64,000 nt of DNA from Gemmatimonadaceae bacterium (GCA_051859245.1 JBHYGA010000001.1:1405722-1469721), one strand, 5' to 3'. Positions 32,612 through 44,249 are shown, counted from the first letter of the stretch. Translations and numbers: made by a program. The notes: generated by a model from the letters alone, not told the origin.

Positions 32612-33321
32612 AGCGGTCCATGATCGCGTCCACCGTGCTGCACGCGGGCTTGCTCAGCGCGGTGTTGTTGTGGACCGGGAAGCCGGAGCCCGCTCGGCCC
32701 CCGGTGTACCGCGTCAAGCTGGTGGGTGCGCCCGCCGGCGCGAAGAATATCGGCGTCGTGAATTCTCGTCCGGCGACGCAGCCGGTCAAGCAGGCCGATG
32801 CGCCGAGTGGACTGGAACGACCGGATCAGCCCAAAACCGTCGCCGAGGCGACCACGGCTCCCAAGCCGCCGCCGCCGAAGGCCACGCCAACGCCAACACG
32901 CACGCGTGACGCTGGTCAGACGGATGGTGCTACGAAAGCACCCGCCTCAGCGGCACCACGAGCCGGCAGTACGGCCGGTGGCCGAGGCGCCGACGTGATC
33001 ACCGTGGAAACAAACGGGATCGAGTTTCCGTCGCCCGGGTACCTGAACAATATCGTGCGTCAGGTTGAGCTACGGTTCGACCCGGACACCCGGTTTGAAA
33101 AGCGTCCCCTGCGCGCGGAAGTGAGTTTTCTCATTCATCGTGACGGGCGGGTGAGCGATATCCGCGTGGAGACCACCTCCGGCGAATATCGGTTCGATCT
33201 CGACGCTCGCTCAGCCATTGAGGCCGCGGGCAGCGCGCGTGCGTTTGGTCCACTGCCGGTGGAATGGCGTGACGATGTGTTGCGAGTCTATTTCAACTTC
33301 ACACCCGCGGGGATGCGCTAA
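32608..33321 (+). CDS. tolA: TolA/TonB-family energy transducer
   Basis: N-terminal S..LH transmembrane motif, Pro-rich linker, TonB_C-like FLIHRDGRV..SG..FD..A..AI. Confidence 0.75.
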   Translation: MKRSMIASTVLHAGLLSAVLLWTGKPEPARPPVYRVKLVGAPAGAKNIGVVNSRPATQPVKQADAPSGLERPDQPKTVAEATTAPKPPPPKATPTPTRTRDAGQTDGATKAPASAAPRAGSTAGGRGADVITVETNGIEFPSPGYLNNIVRQVELRFDPDTRFEKRPLRAEVSFLIHRDGRVSDIRVETTSGEYRFDLDARSAIEAAGSARAFGPLPVEWRDDVLRVYFNFTPAGMR

Positions 33322-33346
33322 CGTGTTTCCCGTGTTGCCCAAATTC

Positions 33347-34672
33347 ATGACGGTACGCGTTCGCTTTATCTCGATGTCTCGAATGGTCCGCATCGCCGCG
33401 ATGGGGGTCATCGTAGCGCTCACGGTTACGTCGTCGCTGGCGGCGCAGGATCGGCCGTCGGGTGTTTCCGTCTCGCTGGTGTATACCGCCGGCCAGCGCG
33501 TGGCCATCATGGTGCTGCCCGTCCGTGGCACCGCCGGCGACTCGATTAAAACCATCATCGAGCGCGATCTCGACTTCAGCGATCGTTTTCAGCACGTGCC
33601 GGCCATTGCCGCTCCCGCGGAGGGCCAGCCCCTGAATTACGCGCTGATCGCGCGTGCGGGTGCGGCCGGTGTGGTCCAGGCAAAGCTGCTTCCCTCGGGC
33701 TGGCTGCGTGTCATGTTGCACGACGTGGCGGGCAAAAAGATCATGCAGCAAGCTGATTTTCCGTTGCCCTCAATCGTGAACAATGACGGTTGGCGGCTCG
33801 GTGTCCACTCGATTTCGGACCAGATCGAGCAGTGGATCACGGGCGAAAAAGGCGTCGCCGCCACGCGCATCGCGTTCACACGAGACGACCGCATCTGGGT
33901 GGTGGACAGCGATGGGGCCGGCGCACGGGCAGTCACGCCGCGAGGCATGTCGCCCTCGTGGCATCCGAGCGGGCGCTACATCGCGTACCACGTGATTGAC
34001 GCCGATCGCCATCGCCTGGTTGTGACCGACGTGGTCACTGGTGCGCAGCGCTCCCTCACCAATGAGAAAGGCGCGCTGGACAACTCGCCCGCGATTTCTC
34101 CCGATGGGCGCTCGGTGGTGTTCAGCCGAAGCGTTGAGGCGACCGCGTCTTCCACCGATCTGTTCGTGATGCCATTCGACGGTGGACGTCCCACACGCAT
34201 CTCGGTGGCCCGTGGCAGCATTAATGGCGCGCCCAGTTGGAGCATCGACGGACGTCGCGTAGCTTTCAACAGCGATCGAAGCGGACGCAGCGAGATTTAC
34301 ATTGCGGACGCCGACGGTACCAACGCCTCACTGCTCTCGGCTGACGCTTTTGGCGAGCGCAACTTGCGCACGGATCCGAGTTGGTCGCCCGATGGACGCA
34401 TGCTGGCGTACGCTTCTATGGTTGGTGGCAGTATGCAGATTCTCACGATCAACTTGCGCGACCGCACGGTGCGTCAGTTGACGAGTGATGGAAACAACAA
34501 GTCGCCCTCGTGGGCTCCGGACGGAAGACACATTGTGTTCTCGTCCAACCGCAGTGGCACGGAACAGTTGTGGATTGTTGACGTGGAATCTGGTCGCCCA
34601 CGTCAGTTGGTGCGGGGAGGCTCGGTGTCACGTCTCGCCGATTGGTCACCTCGTTTGTCGAATACACCGTAG
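33347..34672 (+). CDS. tolB: TolB beta-propeller protein
   Basis: TRIAF, repeated PSWSPDG (PD40) motifs; start uncertain. Confidence 0.88.
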   Translation: MTVRVRFISMSRMVRIAAMGVIVALTVTSSLAAQDRPSGVSVSLVYTAGQRVAIMVLPVRGTAGDSIKTIIERDLDFSDRFQHVPAIAAPAEGQPLNYALIARAGAAGVVQAKLLPSGWLRVMLHDVAGKKIMQQADFPLPSIVNNDGWRLGVHSISDQIEQWITGEKGVAATRIAFTRDDRIWVVDSDGAGARAVTPRGMSPSWHPSGRYIAYHVIDADRHRLVVTDVVTGAQRSLTNEKGALDNSPAISPDGRSVVFSRSVEATASSTDLFVMPFDGGRPTRISVARGSINGAPSWSIDGRRVAFNSDRSGRSEIYIADADGTNASLLSADAFGERNLRTDPSWSPDGRMLAYASMVGGSMQILTINLRDRTVRQLTSDGNNKSPSWAPDGRHIVFSSNRSGTEQLWIVDVESGRPRQLVRGGSVSRLADWSPRLSNTP

Positions 34673-34746
34673 TGCGCTGTACCGCTGGCGCCACGCGCCA
34701 CAAGAATGGATCACCTTTTTCGCTTATGACTCAGGAGAATGTTCGA

Positions 34747-35307
34747 ATGCCCCGTTTGACTCGTGTTGCCGTGATGCTGCTGGCTGTTCCGCTCGCGCTC
34801 GGCGCGTGCAAGAAGAAGCCGGTTGCCGTAACGCCCGAGCCTGTAACTCCGGCTTCTTCTGCGAACCCTCCTGCCGCAAATCCGGGCACCACAACGACTC
34901 CGGCCGTTGATGCGGACGCCGCGCGTCGCGCCGTGGAAGCCGCGCGCAGTGCGCTGCTGCAGACGATCTACTTTGACTACGACAGCGACGAGCTGCGGGC
35001 CGACGCGCGCGCCACGCTCGACGACAAGCTGCGCGTATTGAACGCTAATCCCGCGGCGCGCCTGCGCATTGAAGGACACACCGACGAGCGTGGATCGGAC
35101 GAGTACAACCTGGCACTCGGCCGCCGTCGTGCGGATCAGGCCAAGCGCTACCTCACCGATCGTGGGCTGGACCCGTCGCGCATTGAAACCATGAGCTTCG
35201 GCCGTGAAAAGCCGGCGGCGTCAGGATCGAGCGAAGAAGCGTGGGCGCAGAATCGTCGCGGCGAGTTCCAGATCATCGCCGGCGGCGCGGAGCTTCGCGC
35301 CCCGTGA
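34747..35307 (+). CDS. pal: Peptidoglycan-associated lipoprotein
   Basis: Lipobox LGAC, IYFDYD, IEGHTDERGSDEYNLALG.RRA, QNRR. Confidence 0.95.
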   Translation: MPRLTRVAVMLLAVPLALGACKKKPVAVTPEPVTPASSANPPAANPGTTTTPAVDADAARRAVEAARSALLQTIYFDYDSDELRADARATLDDKLRVLNANPAARLRIEGHTDERGSDEYNLALGRRRADQAKRYLTDRGLDPSRIETMSFGREKPAASGSSEEAWAQNRRGEFQIIAGGAELRAP

Positions 35308-36164
35308 TTGCCTCGCGCGTGGTTTTCCGGAGCGCGCGGTCGCGTGCGACACTGATCGCCATGCCGGTGCTGCTGCTTGGCAGCACCGGCTGCTTTGCCA
35401 CGCGCGGTGATGTCCGCATTTTGCAGGGCGATATCAATACCGTGCGTATGGAATCGCAGCGCAGTGCGCAGGCCCAGGCACAGGCGCTCGCGGAAACCGC
35501 GCGCATTTTGCAGGCGGTCAGCGATTCGCTCTCACGCCTCGCCACTCGACAGGTGTCGTTTGAAGGCGACACGCGCGGTGCGCTGCGCAAAGTGAACGAG
35601 CAGCTCGTGCAAGTGCAGGAGCTGCTCGGTCAGAGTGCCAACATCATCAGATCGCTGCGCGCTGATATCGAATCGTCCGGACGCATGATCACGCCGCCGG
35701 TGCAGACTGAGGTGCCGCCGGGCACCGTTCCACCGACCACGCCTCCTGGGCGAACGGGTGCAGTAACCACCCCGCCGAACCCGGCGATGCCGGGACCCGC
35801 GCAGTTGTATGAGGACGGCATGGCTCACATGCGTCGCTCCAGCTACGCGTCGGCGCGCATTGCGTTCAATGATCTGCTGCTCAATTACCCGGGCTCGACT
35901 GACGCGCCGGAAGCGCAGTTCCAGATTGCGGTCGCGTTTACGGAAGAAAAGAATCTGGTGGCGGCCGAGACGGCGTACGCAGCAGTGGTGACTAAGTACC
36001 CCGAGTCGCCGCGCGCTCCGGATGCCATGTACAAACGCGCGCAGATTTTCCTGTCACAGGGCGACAATGCCTCGGCCAAGTCAACGCTCGAGCAGTTGAT
36101 CAAGCGCTATCCGAGCTCACCGTCGGCCGATTTCGCCAAGGACCGGCTGGCCGGCATTCCCTGA
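35304..36164 (+). CDS. cpoB: Tol-Pal coordinator CpoB/YbgF
   Basis: Coiled-coil N-terminus plus TPR C-terminus (YP.S..AP.A); follows pal. Confidence 0.82.
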   Translation: MIASRVVFRSARSRATLIAMPVLLLGSTGCFATRGDVRILQGDINTVRMESQRSAQAQAQALAETARILQAVSDSLSRLATRQVSFEGDTRGALRKVNEQLVQVQELLGQSANIIRSLRADIESSGRMITPPVQTEVPPGTVPPTTPPGRTGAVTTPPNPAMPGPAQLYEDGMAHMRRSSYASARIAFNDLLLNYPGSTDAPEAQFQIAVAFTEEKNLVAAETAYAAVVTKYPESPRAPDAMYKRAQIFLSQGDNASAKSTLEQLIKRYPSSPSADFAKDRLAGIP

Positions 36165-36193
36165 GTCGGATCGCCTCAGTCCACGCACCATCT

Positions 36194-36979
36194 GTGTCTA
36201 CCGTCACACCGAAAGCTCCGAATGACGAAATGCCGTTCCTCGATCATCTCGAGGAACTGCGTTGGCGTTTGTTTAAAGTCGCACTCGCATTGGGCGGCGG
36301 CTTCATTCTCGGCTTCGTGTTGTTGTCCACCAAGTCCATCGACTTGCTGAACTATTTGCAGCGCCCGTTGCAGGCAGTCATTACTGAGCAACTGGTGTAT
36401 ACGAGTCCAACTGATCCGTTCAATGTGGTGCTTTCCGCATCGTTCGGACTTGGATTTCTTATCGCGCTGCCTGTGGTATGCTATCAGATCTGGGCGTTCA
36501 TGTCGCCGGCGTTGTACCAAACAGAAAAACGTGTAGTGCTACCGGTCATGGTTGGCGCGACGTTGCTCTTTGTGGCAGGTGTCGCGTTGGCGTTTTACGT
36601 GGTGCTTCCGGTCACGATCAAGTTCCTGTTGGGCTTTCAGACACAGGCCTTCACGCCCATGCTGGAAGTTCGGAAATATTTCGCGTTCGTGTTTGGGATG
36701 TGCCTGGCCTTCGGCGCGGCGTTTGAGCTTCCAATTGTGATGCTCGCGCTCACTGCGTTTGGTCTCGTCACGCCAATCATGCTGACCAAGTTCCGGCGCC
36801 ATGCGCTGATTGGCTGCATGGCGCTGTCCGCGATCATCACGCCTGGTGATGCCATCACGGCGCTGGTCATGATGACGATTCCGCTCTATTTTTTGTACGA
36901 GGGTGGCATTGTGTTGTCGCGCGTTGTGTACCGTCGCAAGCTGCGCTCGCAACAGATCGGGAGCGAGGCGATCGCGTGA
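36194..36979 (+). CDS. tatC: Twin-arginine translocase subunit TatC
   Basis: EMPFLDHLEELRWR, YQIWAFMSPALY..EK, FELP, AIITPGD, LYE. Confidence 0.95.
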   Translation: MSTVTPKAPNDEMPFLDHLEELRWRLFKVALALGGGFILGFVLLSTKSIDLLNYLQRPLQAVITEQLVYTSPTDPFNVVLSASFGLGFLIALPVVCYQIWAFMSPALYQTEKRVVLPVMVGATLLFVAGVALAFYVVLPVTIKFLLGFQTQAFTPMLEVRKYFAFVFGMCLAFGAAFELPIVMLALTAFGLVTPIMLTKFRRHALIGCMALSAIITPGDAITALVMMTIPLYFLYEGGIVLSRVVYRRKLRSQQIGSEAIA

Positions 36980-39900
36980 TCGCGTTGTCACGCTCGGCCG
37001 GCACCATTGCGCGCGTATTTGCACGGCACGCCACTCGCTTTGTGCTGGCGCTGCTTTTGCTGGCGCCTGCACTCGTTGCGTCAAACGCAGGCGCGCAGGT
37101 TCCGATCCCGCGGCCTCCCGTGCAGCCGCCCGCCACACGCGGCGGCGCCGAACCCGCGCCGCTGAATCGCGACAAGTTGCTCGTGGAATGGGTCGAGCCT
37201 GACTCGATCATGAAAGAGTTGCTCGCCCGATCCGGCTACAGCACGGTTCAATATCAGGGCGACAAGGTCACGTTCGACGCCATTACCAAGCTGCTCACCA
37301 TGCGCGGCAAGCCGTCCGCGGTTCGTCGTGGTGAAACGATTTTGGTGGGTGACACGATCGTGTACGACGACTCTACGAAACTCGTGGTCGCGACCGGCGA
37401 TACCGTGGTGCTGCGCGATCCGTCACGTGATGACGCCGACGATTTTGTCGCGCGCGGATCGATTCGCTACGATCTCGAAACGCAAGAAGGCACCACAGGA
37501 TCGTTTTCGACATCAGTGGTATCCGGACAGCGCCTGTTCATCACCGCGGAGTCAGGCACGATTCTCGGTGACACCACGCTCACCGGTGGGCGGCGTCTGT
37601 TCTTTCACGACGCCGACTTTACGTACTGCGATTTGACCGAGCCACATTTTCACTTCACGGCCAAGGACATCAAGTTCGTGTCCGAAAATGTGGTGGTGGC
37701 GAGACCGGGTGTGCTGTACATCGGAGAAGTGCCAGTCTTTTGGCTGCCGTTCTTTTTTCAGGACGTGCGCTCGGGACGCCGAAGCGGACTGCTCACCCCC
37801 AGGTTCGGCGTAGCCGAACTGTTCCGCAACAGCGCGAACTATCAGCGCACGGTCGAGAACGTGGGATGGTTCTTTGCCATCAATGACTACGCCGACGCCG
37901 AAGTGTCCATGGATTGGCGCTCGGGCGGCAGTGGCAGTGGCGCCGACGCGGGCTGGCTGCGCGGCAATACGGAATTCCGCTACAAGTGGCTGTCGCGATT
38001 TATCGATGGAAACGCTGCCGTGTCATATCTGGGGCAGAATGGCGGGCAGACCAACACAAGCATCTCGTGGCGTCATAACCAGAGCTTCAGTAAGTCCACG
38101 CGCGTGAGTGCGAACATCAACTGGGTGCAGAGCACCACTGTGCAGCGCCAGACGACGTTCAATCCCACGGCGTCGCTTGCCACGATCGTATCGCAGCTGA
38201 ACTATCAGACGAAAGTCGGGCCGGCGAATCTGAGCGTGGGTGGAACGCGCAAGCAGTATCCAGGACGTCAGCAGACCGACATGGATTTGCCGAACTTCAA
38301 CCTGACCACCGGGACGCTCGCGTTCGGTCGGTTTGAGTGGACGCCGAGTCTGCGCTTCAACCAGGCCCGAACGGACAACATCGATCAGGGCATTCAGTTC
38401 GGCAACATCTATCGTCCGAACGCGCTCGGTGGCTTGGATAGCACGCGCGTCAATGCCTCGCGCCGCAATACCAACTTCGGTATTGAAACGCCGTTCAAGA
38501 TTTTTGATTTTCAGGTCAATAACACCGTCAGCGTCACCGAGCGCTTTGATGACTATCCCGAGCAGAAGATTGTTCGGGATGTCAACGACAGTTCGAAAGT
38601 GTTCACCCGAATCTTCGCGCAGCGGTACTTCACGAACATTGACTGGAACACGTCGTTCAACTTGCCGCGCTTTCTGCAGGGTTCGTGGAATGTGTCGCCG
38701 AGTGTACAGTTCGTGAACACGGATCCGTCGGCCGGATTCATTGTGCGTTCCGAGTTGAGCCGCGGCAAGTACGTGCAGCAGGGCAAGCGTGCGCAGTATG
38801 GTGTGAGCGCGGCGCCCGTGCTGTACGGATTGTTTCCCGGACTTGGTCCAGTGGAAGCGATTCGTCACTCAGTAAGTCCGCAGATTTCGTACAGCGTGTC
38901 GCCGCGCGCCGATGTGAGTGATGCGTTCCTCGAAGCCACGGGCCGTACGCGGCAGGGCTATCTCGGATCACTGCCGCGCAATGCGATTTCACTCGCGTTC
39001 GCGACCACCTTCGAAGCCAAAATGCGTGCGCCATCGGCCGAGGACATGGCCGAGAACGCCACGGATACTCTCGGGGTAAACGCGGACTCTGCCGAGACAC
39101 TCGGCGCGGGTGACGATCCCAACGCACCACGCATTCCGCGTGGTCCGGCCGCCGAAGGGCGCAAGGTACGGTTGCTGGCGCTCAACTTCTCGTCGCTCAC
39201 GTACGACTTCATTCGTGCCGATACGGCGTCGTCCGGATTGGTGGAACAGAACTTCACCATCTCGGCGCGCACGGATCTGTTGCCCAATCTCGATTTCCAG
39301 ATGGGCTATGAACTGTTTCAAGGCGATCCGCTGAGCGACACCGCCTTGTTCAAGCCGTTTCGCAATACGCTCGGCGTGAACTTCTCGCTCGACGGGCAGT
39401 CGGGTTTGGTGGCGCTCATCGGCCGTTTGTTTGGTCGCCGCGGTGAAATCGAAGCGCCTGAAGCTGCTGATTCGGCTACCGCGTCGCGTCGCAGTGAGTT
39501 CTCACAGTTTGGCGGCGGTGGACTGCGCGCTGCAGGATCGGGTGCACGCGGCGCGCCGGTATCGCTGCCGTCATCTGGCGCTGGTTGGCAGCTGTCGCTC
39601 ACGTACAACGCCAACCGTCAGCGTCCGCCCATTGGCGGTACACAGATTGAATACGATCCGGCACTCGCGTGTCGCGGTATTCCGGAAGGCTCGTTTGCAT
39701 ATCAGGACTGCTTGGCCAATGCCACCAACTCACCGCCGGTTGGCTTTCAGCCTGAAGGACAGGTCACGGCAGGTGGACCGCTCTACATTCAGCCGCCCAG
39801 TGAAAACCTGAGCGGCAACTTGTCATTCGGATTGACACAGAACTGGAGTGGCTCCATGAGCGCGCAGTACGACATGGTGCGACGCGATTTTGGGTCACTG

Positions 39901-40050
39901 CAGCTTGGACTGCAGCGCGAAATGCATGACTGGAATGCTGTCTTCTCATTTACGCGCGTGCCCAACGGAAACTTTGCGTTCAACTTCTTTATCGCACTGA
40001 AGGCGTCACCGGAAATCAAGTTCAACTACGACCGACGCTCGGTACGCTAA
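36976..40050 (+). CDS. lptD: LPS-assembly outer membrane protein, LptD-like
   Basis: FTYCD..PHF, VPVFWLPF, RRSGLL.P, C-terminal R.MHDW...F beta-barrel end. Confidence 0.8.
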   Translation: MIALSRSAGTIARVFARHATRFVLALLLLAPALVASNAGAQVPIPRPPVQPPATRGGAEPAPLNRDKLLVEWVEPDSIMKELLARSGYSTVQYQGDKVTFDAITKLLTMRGKPSAVRRGETILVGDTIVYDDSTKLVVATGDTVVLRDPSRDDADDFVARGSIRYDLETQEGTTGSFSTSVVSGQRLFITAESGTILGDTTLTGGRRLFFHDADFTYCDLTEPHFHFTAKDIKFVSENVVVARPGVLYIGEVPVFWLPFFFQDVRSGRRSGLLTPRFGVAELFRNSANYQRTVENVGWFFAINDYADAEVSMDWRSGGSGSGADAGWLRGNTEFRYKWLSRFIDGNAAVSYLGQNGGQTNTSISWRHNQSFSKSTRVSANINWVQSTTVQRQTTFNPTASLATIVSQLNYQTKVGPANLSVGGTRKQYPGRQQTDMDLPNFNLTTGTLAFGRFEWTPSLRFNQARTDNIDQGIQFGNIYRPNALGGLDSTRVNASRRNTNFGIETPFKIFDFQVNNTVSVTERFDDYPEQKIVRDVNDSSKVFTRIFAQRYFTNIDWNTSFNLPRFLQGSWNVSPSVQFVNTDPSAGFIVRSELSRGKYVQQGKRAQYGVSAAPVLYGLFPGLGPVEAIRHSVSPQISYSVSPRADVSDAFLEATGRTRQGYLGSLPRNAISLAFATTFEAKMRAPSAEDMAENATDTLGVNADSAETLGAGDDPNAPRIPRGPAAEGRKVRLLALNFSSLTYDFIRADTASSGLVEQNFTISARTDLLPNLDFQMGYELFQGDPLSDTALFKPFRNTLGVNFSLDGQSGLVALIGRLFGRRGEIEAPEAADSATASRRSEFSQFGGGGLRAAGSGARGAPVSLPSSGAGWQLSLTYNANRQRPPIGGTQIEYDPALACRGIPEGSFAYQDCLANATNSPPVGFQPEGQVTAGGPLYIQPPSENLSGNLSFGLTQNWSGSMSAQYDMVRRDFGSLQLGLQREMHDWNAVFSFTRVPNGNFAFNFFIALKASPEIKFNYDRRSVR

Positions 40051-41582
40051 TGACCACTTCCGCCTATGAGGTGGATGGACAAACGCTGACCGCCGATGCG
40101 CTCGACGCGGTGTCTCGCGGAACGCGATCCGTCGTACTGCAGACTGCGGCGCGCGAGCGGATGCAGCGCACCCGCGCGGTGGTGGATCGTGCGGTGGCGA
40201 GTGGGGACGCGGTCTACGGATTGAACACCGGGTTCGGCAAACTGTCAGAGATTGCGATTCCGCTGAGCGACCTCGCGAATCTGCAGCGCAATCTCGTGCG
40301 CAGCCATGCCGCTGGTGTGGGCGCGGCGCTCCCTGAACGCGAAGTGCGCGCGATGATGTTGCTTCGCGCGAACGTACTCGCCTCTGGGTATGCGGGCGCT
40401 CGGACGGATGTGGTGGAGTTGTTGCTGGCCATGCTGGAGCGTGGCGTGGTTCCCGTGGTGCCGGAGCAGGGCAGCGTTGGTGCGAGTGGTGATCTTGCGC
40501 CGCTCGCGCATCTCGCGCTGGTGCTGATTGGCGAAGGACGCGCGCGACTGCGCGGTGAAGAGTCTGATGGCGCCACCATTCTTGCGCGGGCAGGACTAGT
40601 CCCGCTTGAGCTGCAAGCCAAGGAAGGACTTGCGCTGATCAACGGCACGCAGGCGCACACTGCGGTGACGGCGGTTGCCGCACTGGAGTTGCAGCGACTC
40701 TGGCGAGCCGCGCATGTGATCGGCGCGATGAGTCTCGATGCGCTACTCGGTACACCCGATGCATTCGACGAGCGTATTCAGATCGCGCGCGGACAACCCG
40801 GTCAGAAGCATTCGGCCGCACTGCTGCGCACGCTACTTAGTGGTAGCGCACTGCGTGAATCACACCGCGCCGGCGATCCACGCGTGCAGGACGCGTACGC
40901 GCTGCGCTGCATGCCACAGGTGCACGGCCCGGCGTTCGACGCGCTGGCGTTCACGCTGGAGGTGATTGAGCGAGAACTGAACTCGGCCACGGACAATCCG
41001 TTGGTGATGGAATCCGGCGAGTTGCTTAGCGGCGGAAACTTTCACGGTCAGGCTGTTGGCATGGCGGCCGATTTTCTGGCGATCGTTTGTGCCAATCTCG
41101 CGGTGATCAGCGAGCGTCGAACGGATCGCTTGGTGCATCCCGATTTCAACCAGGGGCTGCCGCCGTTCCTTGCGCAGAAGCCCGGGTTGGAGTCAGGGCT
41201 GATGATGGCGCAAGTCACCGCGGCGGCCCTCACGAGTGATATGAAGCGTCTCGCGTCGCCAGCCAGTGTGGATTCCATCCCGACCGACGGCAACAAGGAA
41301 GACGTGGTGCCCATGGCCATGGGCGCTGCGCTCAAGTTGCGGCAGAGTGTCGCCGGGTTGCGCCACGTATTGGCTGTGGAGTTGCTCTGCGCGGCCGATG
41401 CGATTGACTGTCGCCGGCCGCTCACCAGCGCGCCCGCGCTCGAGGCGGCGCACACGCGTGTTCGGTCGCTTGTCCCGCCTCGCACCGGTGACCGTCCTCC
41501 CTCGCCAGACGTGATGGCCCTTGCGTCGGCGCTCTCCGACGGGATGTTTGAGCCAGACGCCCTTCTGGGAGGAGCGGTATGA
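40050..41582 (+). CDS. hutH: Histidine ammonia-lyase
   Basis: [11 protein letters not shown] motif [32 protein letters not shown]. Confidence 0.95.
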   Translation: MTTSAYEVDGQTLTADALDAVSRGTRSVVLQTAARERMQRTRAVVDRAVASGDAVYGLNTGFGKLSEIAIPLSDLANLQRNLVRSHAAGVGAALPEREVRAMMLLRANVLASGYAGARTDVVELLLAMLERGVVPVVPEQGSVGASGDLAPLAHLALVLIGEGRARLRGEESDGATILARAGLVPLELQAKEGLALINGTQAHTAVTAVAALELQRLWRAAHVIGAMSLDALLGTPDAFDERIQIARGQPGQKHSAALLRTLLSGSALRESHRAGDPRVQDAYALRCMPQVHGPAFDALAFTLEVIERELNSATDNPLVMESGELLSGGNFHGQAVGMAADFLAIVCANLAVISERRTDRLVHPDFNQGLPPFLAQKPGLESGLMMAQVTAAALTSDMKRLASPASVDSIPTDGNKEDVVPMAMGAALKLRQSVAGLRHVLAVELLCAADAIDCRRPLTSAPALEAAHTRVRSLVPPRTGDRPPSPDVMALASALSDGMFEPDALLGGAV

Positions 41583-43252
41583 CGACGATGTCGATGCCCG
41601 TTGGTGCCAGGCCGGTTCGCGCGGCGCATGGAACCACGCTCAGCTGCCGAGGTTGGCTGCAGGAAGCGGCGCTCCGCATGCTGATGAACAATCTCGATCC
41701 GGATGTGGCGGAACGGCCGGACGATCTCGTCGTGTACGGCGGCACGGGCAAGGCCGCGCGCGATTGGGAGTGCTTCGACGCGATTGTGCGCACACTGCAG
41801 ACACTCGCCGACGACGAAACCATGCTCGTGCAGAGCGGTAAGCCCGTGGCGGTGTTTCGCACGCACACCGACGCGCCGCGCGTGCTGATTGCCAACGGCA
41901 ATCTGGTTGGGCGTTGGGCGAACTGGGATGAGTTTCGTCGGCTTGAGAAGCTCGGACTCACGATGTACGGGCAGATGACCGCGGGCTCGTGGATCTACAT
42001 CGGTTCGCAGGGCATCGTGCAGGGCACGTACGAAACGTTTGGTGCCGTTGCTGCGCGACATTTTGGTGGTTCACTCGCCGGTCGACTGGTTGTCACGGCG
42101 GGACTCGGTGGTATGGGCGGCGCACAGCCACTCGCGGCCACGATGCACGGTGCCGCAGTGCTCGCGGTCGAGGTGGATGCATCGCGTATTCAGAAGCGTC
42201 TGGATACCGGCTACTGCGATCGCATGGCGACGGATCTCGACGACGCGCTCGCGCAGCTGGCGGTGGCGCGCGCGCAAGGCGTTGGCTTGTCCATCGGCTT
42301 GCTTGGCAATGCCGCGGACGTGCTTCCGGCGCTCGTTGCTCGCAACATCACGCCCGATGTGGTGACGGATCAAACAAGCGCGCACGATCTGCTCGTTGGC
42401 TACGTGCCCAGTGGTTACTCGGTTGCTCAAGCGGCGGAACTGCGTGCGCGTGACCCCGAGATGTACGTATCGCTGGCGCGTGAGTCTGTGGTGAATCACG
42501 TCCGCGCCATGCGCACCATGCAGGATCGCGGCGCGATCGCGTTTGACTACGGCAACAACATTCGTACGGTGGCATTTGACGCCGGGCTCGACGATGCGTT
42601 TCGCATTCCCGGCTTTGTGCCAGAGTATGTGCGGCCGTTGTTCTGTGAAGGGAAGGGACCGTTCCGGTGGGTTGCACTCTCCGGCGATCCGGCCGACATC
42701 CACCGCACCGATGATCTGTTGCTGGAAATGTTTCCGCACGATGCGCACCTCGCGCGCTGGATCACGCTCGCGCGGGAACGCATTCACTTTCAGGGACTGC
42801 CTGCTCGCATCTGCTGGCTTGGTCAGGGCGAGCGGGCACGATTCGGATTGGCGCTGAACGAGTTGGTGGCGCGCGGCGAGGTCTCGGCGCCCATCGTGAT
42901 TGGTCGCGATCATCTCGACACGGGAAGCGTGGCCTCACCGTTTCGCGAAACCGAAGCCATGAAAGACGGATCAGACGCCATTGCCGACTGGGCCATTCTG
43001 AATGCGATGCTGAATGTGGCGAGTGGTGCGTCATGGGTGTCGTTTCACCATGGTGGCGGCGTGGGCATCGGCAACTCGCTGCATGCGGGGCAGGTGATCG
43101 TGGCCGATGGAACCGTCGATGCCGCGCGACGCATTGAGCGCGTGCTCACGAATGATCCTGGCATCGGAGTGGCACGACATGCAGACGCGGGGTATGAATC
43201 GGCGCGCGAAACCGCGCGTCGTGAGCGACTGCATCTTCCCATGATCGGTTAA
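41579..43252 (+). CDS. hutU: Urocanate hydratase
   Basis: [42 protein letters not shown]. Confidence 0.97.
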   Translation: MTTMSMPVGARPVRAAHGTTLSCRGWLQEAALRMLMNNLDPDVAERPDDLVVYGGTGKAARDWECFDAIVRTLQTLADDETMLVQSGKPVAVFRTHTDAPRVLIANGNLVGRWANWDEFRRLEKLGLTMYGQMTAGSWIYIGSQGIVQGTYETFGAVAARHFGGSLAGRLVVTAGLGGMGGAQPLAATMHGAAVLAVEVDASRIQKRLDTGYCDRMATDLDDALAQLAVARAQGVGLSIGLLGNAADVLPALVARNITPDVVTDQTSAHDLLVGYVPSGYSVAQAAELRARDPEMYVSLARESVVNHVRAMRTMQDRGAIAFDYGNNIRTVAFDAGLDDAFRIPGFVPEYVRPLFCEGKGPFRWVALSGDPADIHRTDDLLLEMFPHDAHLARWITLARERIHFQGLPARICWLGQGERARFGLALNELVARGEVSAPIVIGRDHLDTGSVASPFRETEAMKDGSDAIADWAILNAMLNVASGASWVSFHHGGGVGIGNSLHAGQVIVADGTVDAARRIERVLTNDPGIGVARHADAGYESARETARRERLHLPMIG

Positions 43253-43262
43253 GGAGGACACC

Positions 43263-44249
43263 ATGCTCAGTTCGCGATACAAGCCGTGGCACGTGCCGCT
43301 GTTTATGGGCAAGTATGCCTGGTTGCGCGTACGCAAGCGTCCGGTGTTGCTCAATCTCGAAGTCACCATGCGCTGCAACGCGCGTTGTGGGTTCTGCGAC
43401 TACTGGAAAACGCCGGCATCTGCGAAGGCCAGTGAACTCAAGGAGTTCACGGATATTGCGCGTCGCTTCAACCCGATGATGATCACCTTCACCGGCGGCG
43501 AGCCCACACTGCGGCGTGATCTCGAAGATATCGTCTCGGCGGTTCGCGACGCGACGACGTTCTCGTACCTCGCCATGATCACGCACGGCGGGATGCTCAC
43601 GCTTGATCGCGCCAAGTCGCTGTGGGATGCCGGTCTGGATCAGTTCAACATTTCGCTCGACTATCTTGACGGGCGACATGATGACGCGCGTGGCATTCCC
43701 GGTTTGACCGCCAAGATCATGGACACGGTGCCGCGCATGAAGGCAGCCGGCATTGGTAGCGTCCGGTTCAATACCGTGCTCAAACATGACAATCTCGATC
43801 AGATGTTGCCGTTGGTTCGCAAAGCGGCGAGCATGGGCGCGGGTGTGAACTTTTCGGTGTACACCGATGCCAAGAACGGCAACGAGAATCATCTGCTGCG
43901 CGACGAACATGTGCGTGCACTCGATGCGGTGATTCATGAGCTGCTGGAGTACAAGCGCAAGAATCGTGGCGTGATCACCAACTCGGATCATTATCTCTCC
44001 GAGATTCCGCGTTGGGTGAAAGGCCAGATGACGGCACCGTGTCCCAGTGGCACCACCACGGTCCACGTTGATCCGCAGGGCAAGGTGCGCCGGTGCCCGG
44101 ACTTTCCGCCGGATGTGGATTGGAAGCAGTGGAGTCCGTACGCGCCGATCAAGTGCGACGATTGTTTCTACGCGTGTCGCGGCGAAGCACAGGCCCCAAT
44201 GCGTTTGTCTCGCGTGCTGGACGTGATGGCCACACCGAAAATCACGTGA
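43263..44249 (+). CDS. Radical SAM protein with C-terminal SPASM/twitch-like Cys motif, function unknown
   Basis: CNARCGFC, FTGGEP, ISLD, C.SG....VDPQG.V..C, CDDCFYAC; AAGGAGG Shine-Dalgarno. Confidence 0.88.
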   Translation: MLSSRYKPWHVPLFMGKYAWLRVRKRPVLLNLEVTMRCNARCGFCDYWKTPASAKASELKEFTDIARRFNPMMITFTGGEPTLRRDLEDIVSAVRDATTFSYLAMITHGGMLTLDRAKSLWDAGLDQFNISLDYLDGRHDDARGIPGLTAKIMDTVPRMKAAGIGSVRFNTVLKHDNLDQMLPLVRKAASMGAGVNFSVYTDAKNGNENHLLRDEHVRALDAVIHELLEYKRKNRGVITNSDHYLSEIPRWVKGQMTAPCPSGTTTVHVDPQGKVRRCPDFPPDVDWKQWSPYAPIKCDDCFYACRGEAQAPMRLSRVLDVMATPKIT

